Assembly: GCF_009914755.1 (NCBI RefSeq)
Contig: NC_060935.1
Source: the human T2T-CHM13v2.0 reference genome, Homo sapiens
DNA: 64,000 nt
Direction: 5' to 3' (one strand)
Position 1 is the first letter of the stretch. Every line of letters starts with the position of its first letter. This document shows, one piece after another, positions 62,989 through 64,000 of this stretch. The translations under genes and the position numbers were made by a program. The notes beneath the pieces are model-generated. The model had not been told where the DNA came from. It ran no database searches and saw nothing but the letters and a program-made list of their open reading frames with translations.

Positions 62989-64000
62989 AAAGCAAATCTG
63001 TTCTGTGGAAGTGACATGAAAGTTGTATATATTACTTCTACTCACATTCCATTGGTAAAAACTAAGTCACACATTCATATCAAGCTACAGGGAGGGCTGG
63101 AAAATATTGTTTGTAGTAGGAAAGGCATGTATGTGCTCTACTGAAGTTCAGTGGGGAGTCTATTACTAAAAGGAAGAAGGGGAGAATGGTTCCTAGGGAC
63201 CACTAACTAGAAGTCTAAATATAATACTCATTTTCTGTTGAAGTGCTTAGCCCGTAGTGGGTGATCAGAAACTGTGAGCTGTTTTTATTGGCACGTGTGG
63301 TTTCCATTTCTGCTTTTGTGGCAACTTCCTTACTTTTAGAGCTGAATATAGGATTTCAGAGACCAGGTTCAGAACCATGGAAACATTACAGATCTTCTTC
63401 CAACTCCATACAACTCTGACTTCCTTAGCCAGCCAGGAAGTTGGCTTGTGATCTGGTGATCTGGTCCAGCACTATATAGAACTAATGGGTCTCCATAATT
63501 TGTCTTGGCCCCTCTCCTTTCATATCCCATTTACTGACTTCTGCCATCATTGTAATGATGCTTCTTGGGATGGCAGAGAAGGAATCTCATTCCATCTCCT
63601 CCAGCCAACAGTTCCATATTCCAGGTATAGTTAATACTTTTGCTTTTCCATTTTGATTACAGAGATTTAAATATCTACCTGTTTCCCTACTAGATTGTGA
63701 ATTCCTTGATGACTACAACCACCATTTATAATTCTTTGCATCTCTATACCTGGGAAAGTGCCTGGCACTTAGAATTAACTCAGTTTCTTGAATTAAATAT
63801 AATTGTGGTTCAAATTTGTGCATAACCTTCCAAGGAGTGGAATTAATTGAAACTAAATTTGGTACATTGTTAAAAGGGCACAAAATGGCTTCAAGTCAGA
63901 TTTTTAACTCAGTCAGCTATCTTAAAACAAGATCTCTTATCTTCTGAAAGCAGATGTTAATGACCTTACACATGGATTTTAAAAAGGAGGTGAATATAAA

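Overview
Primate (most likely human) genomic DNA. It covers the 5' end of ME3 (mitochondrial NADP-dependent malic enzyme 3) on the minus strand: a CpG-island promoter (~59.8-60.7 kb), the first coding exon (59911-60107, 61 codons, mostly the mitochondrial presequence) and ~60 kb of the following large intron. No other host coding exon was recognised; nearly all other ORF-track entries are repeat-derived or random. The intron is a transposon archive. Its centre is a ~13 kb three-tier nest, antisense to ME3. An L2 is split by a full-length L1PA7-like element that appears to carry a ~97 bp 3' transduction. That L1 also holds a TSD-less 5'-truncated AluY, a 67 bp internal duplication, a 30 bp micro-inversion and a full-length L1PA4-like element. 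A 5'-inverted (twin-primed) L1 with a 14 bp TSD lies at the left edge. There are also many Alu, MaLR/ERVL LTR, MER, MIR and L2 relics. I found no convincing novel protein-coding system. The most interesting testable idea is an L1 'gene-breaking' cassette: antisense promoters, strong splice donors and ME3-sense poly(A) signals that could separate the ME3 mitochondrial-targeting exon from the catalytic exons. Repeat subfamily calls are from memory of consensus sequences and need RepeatMasker/Dfam confirmation.
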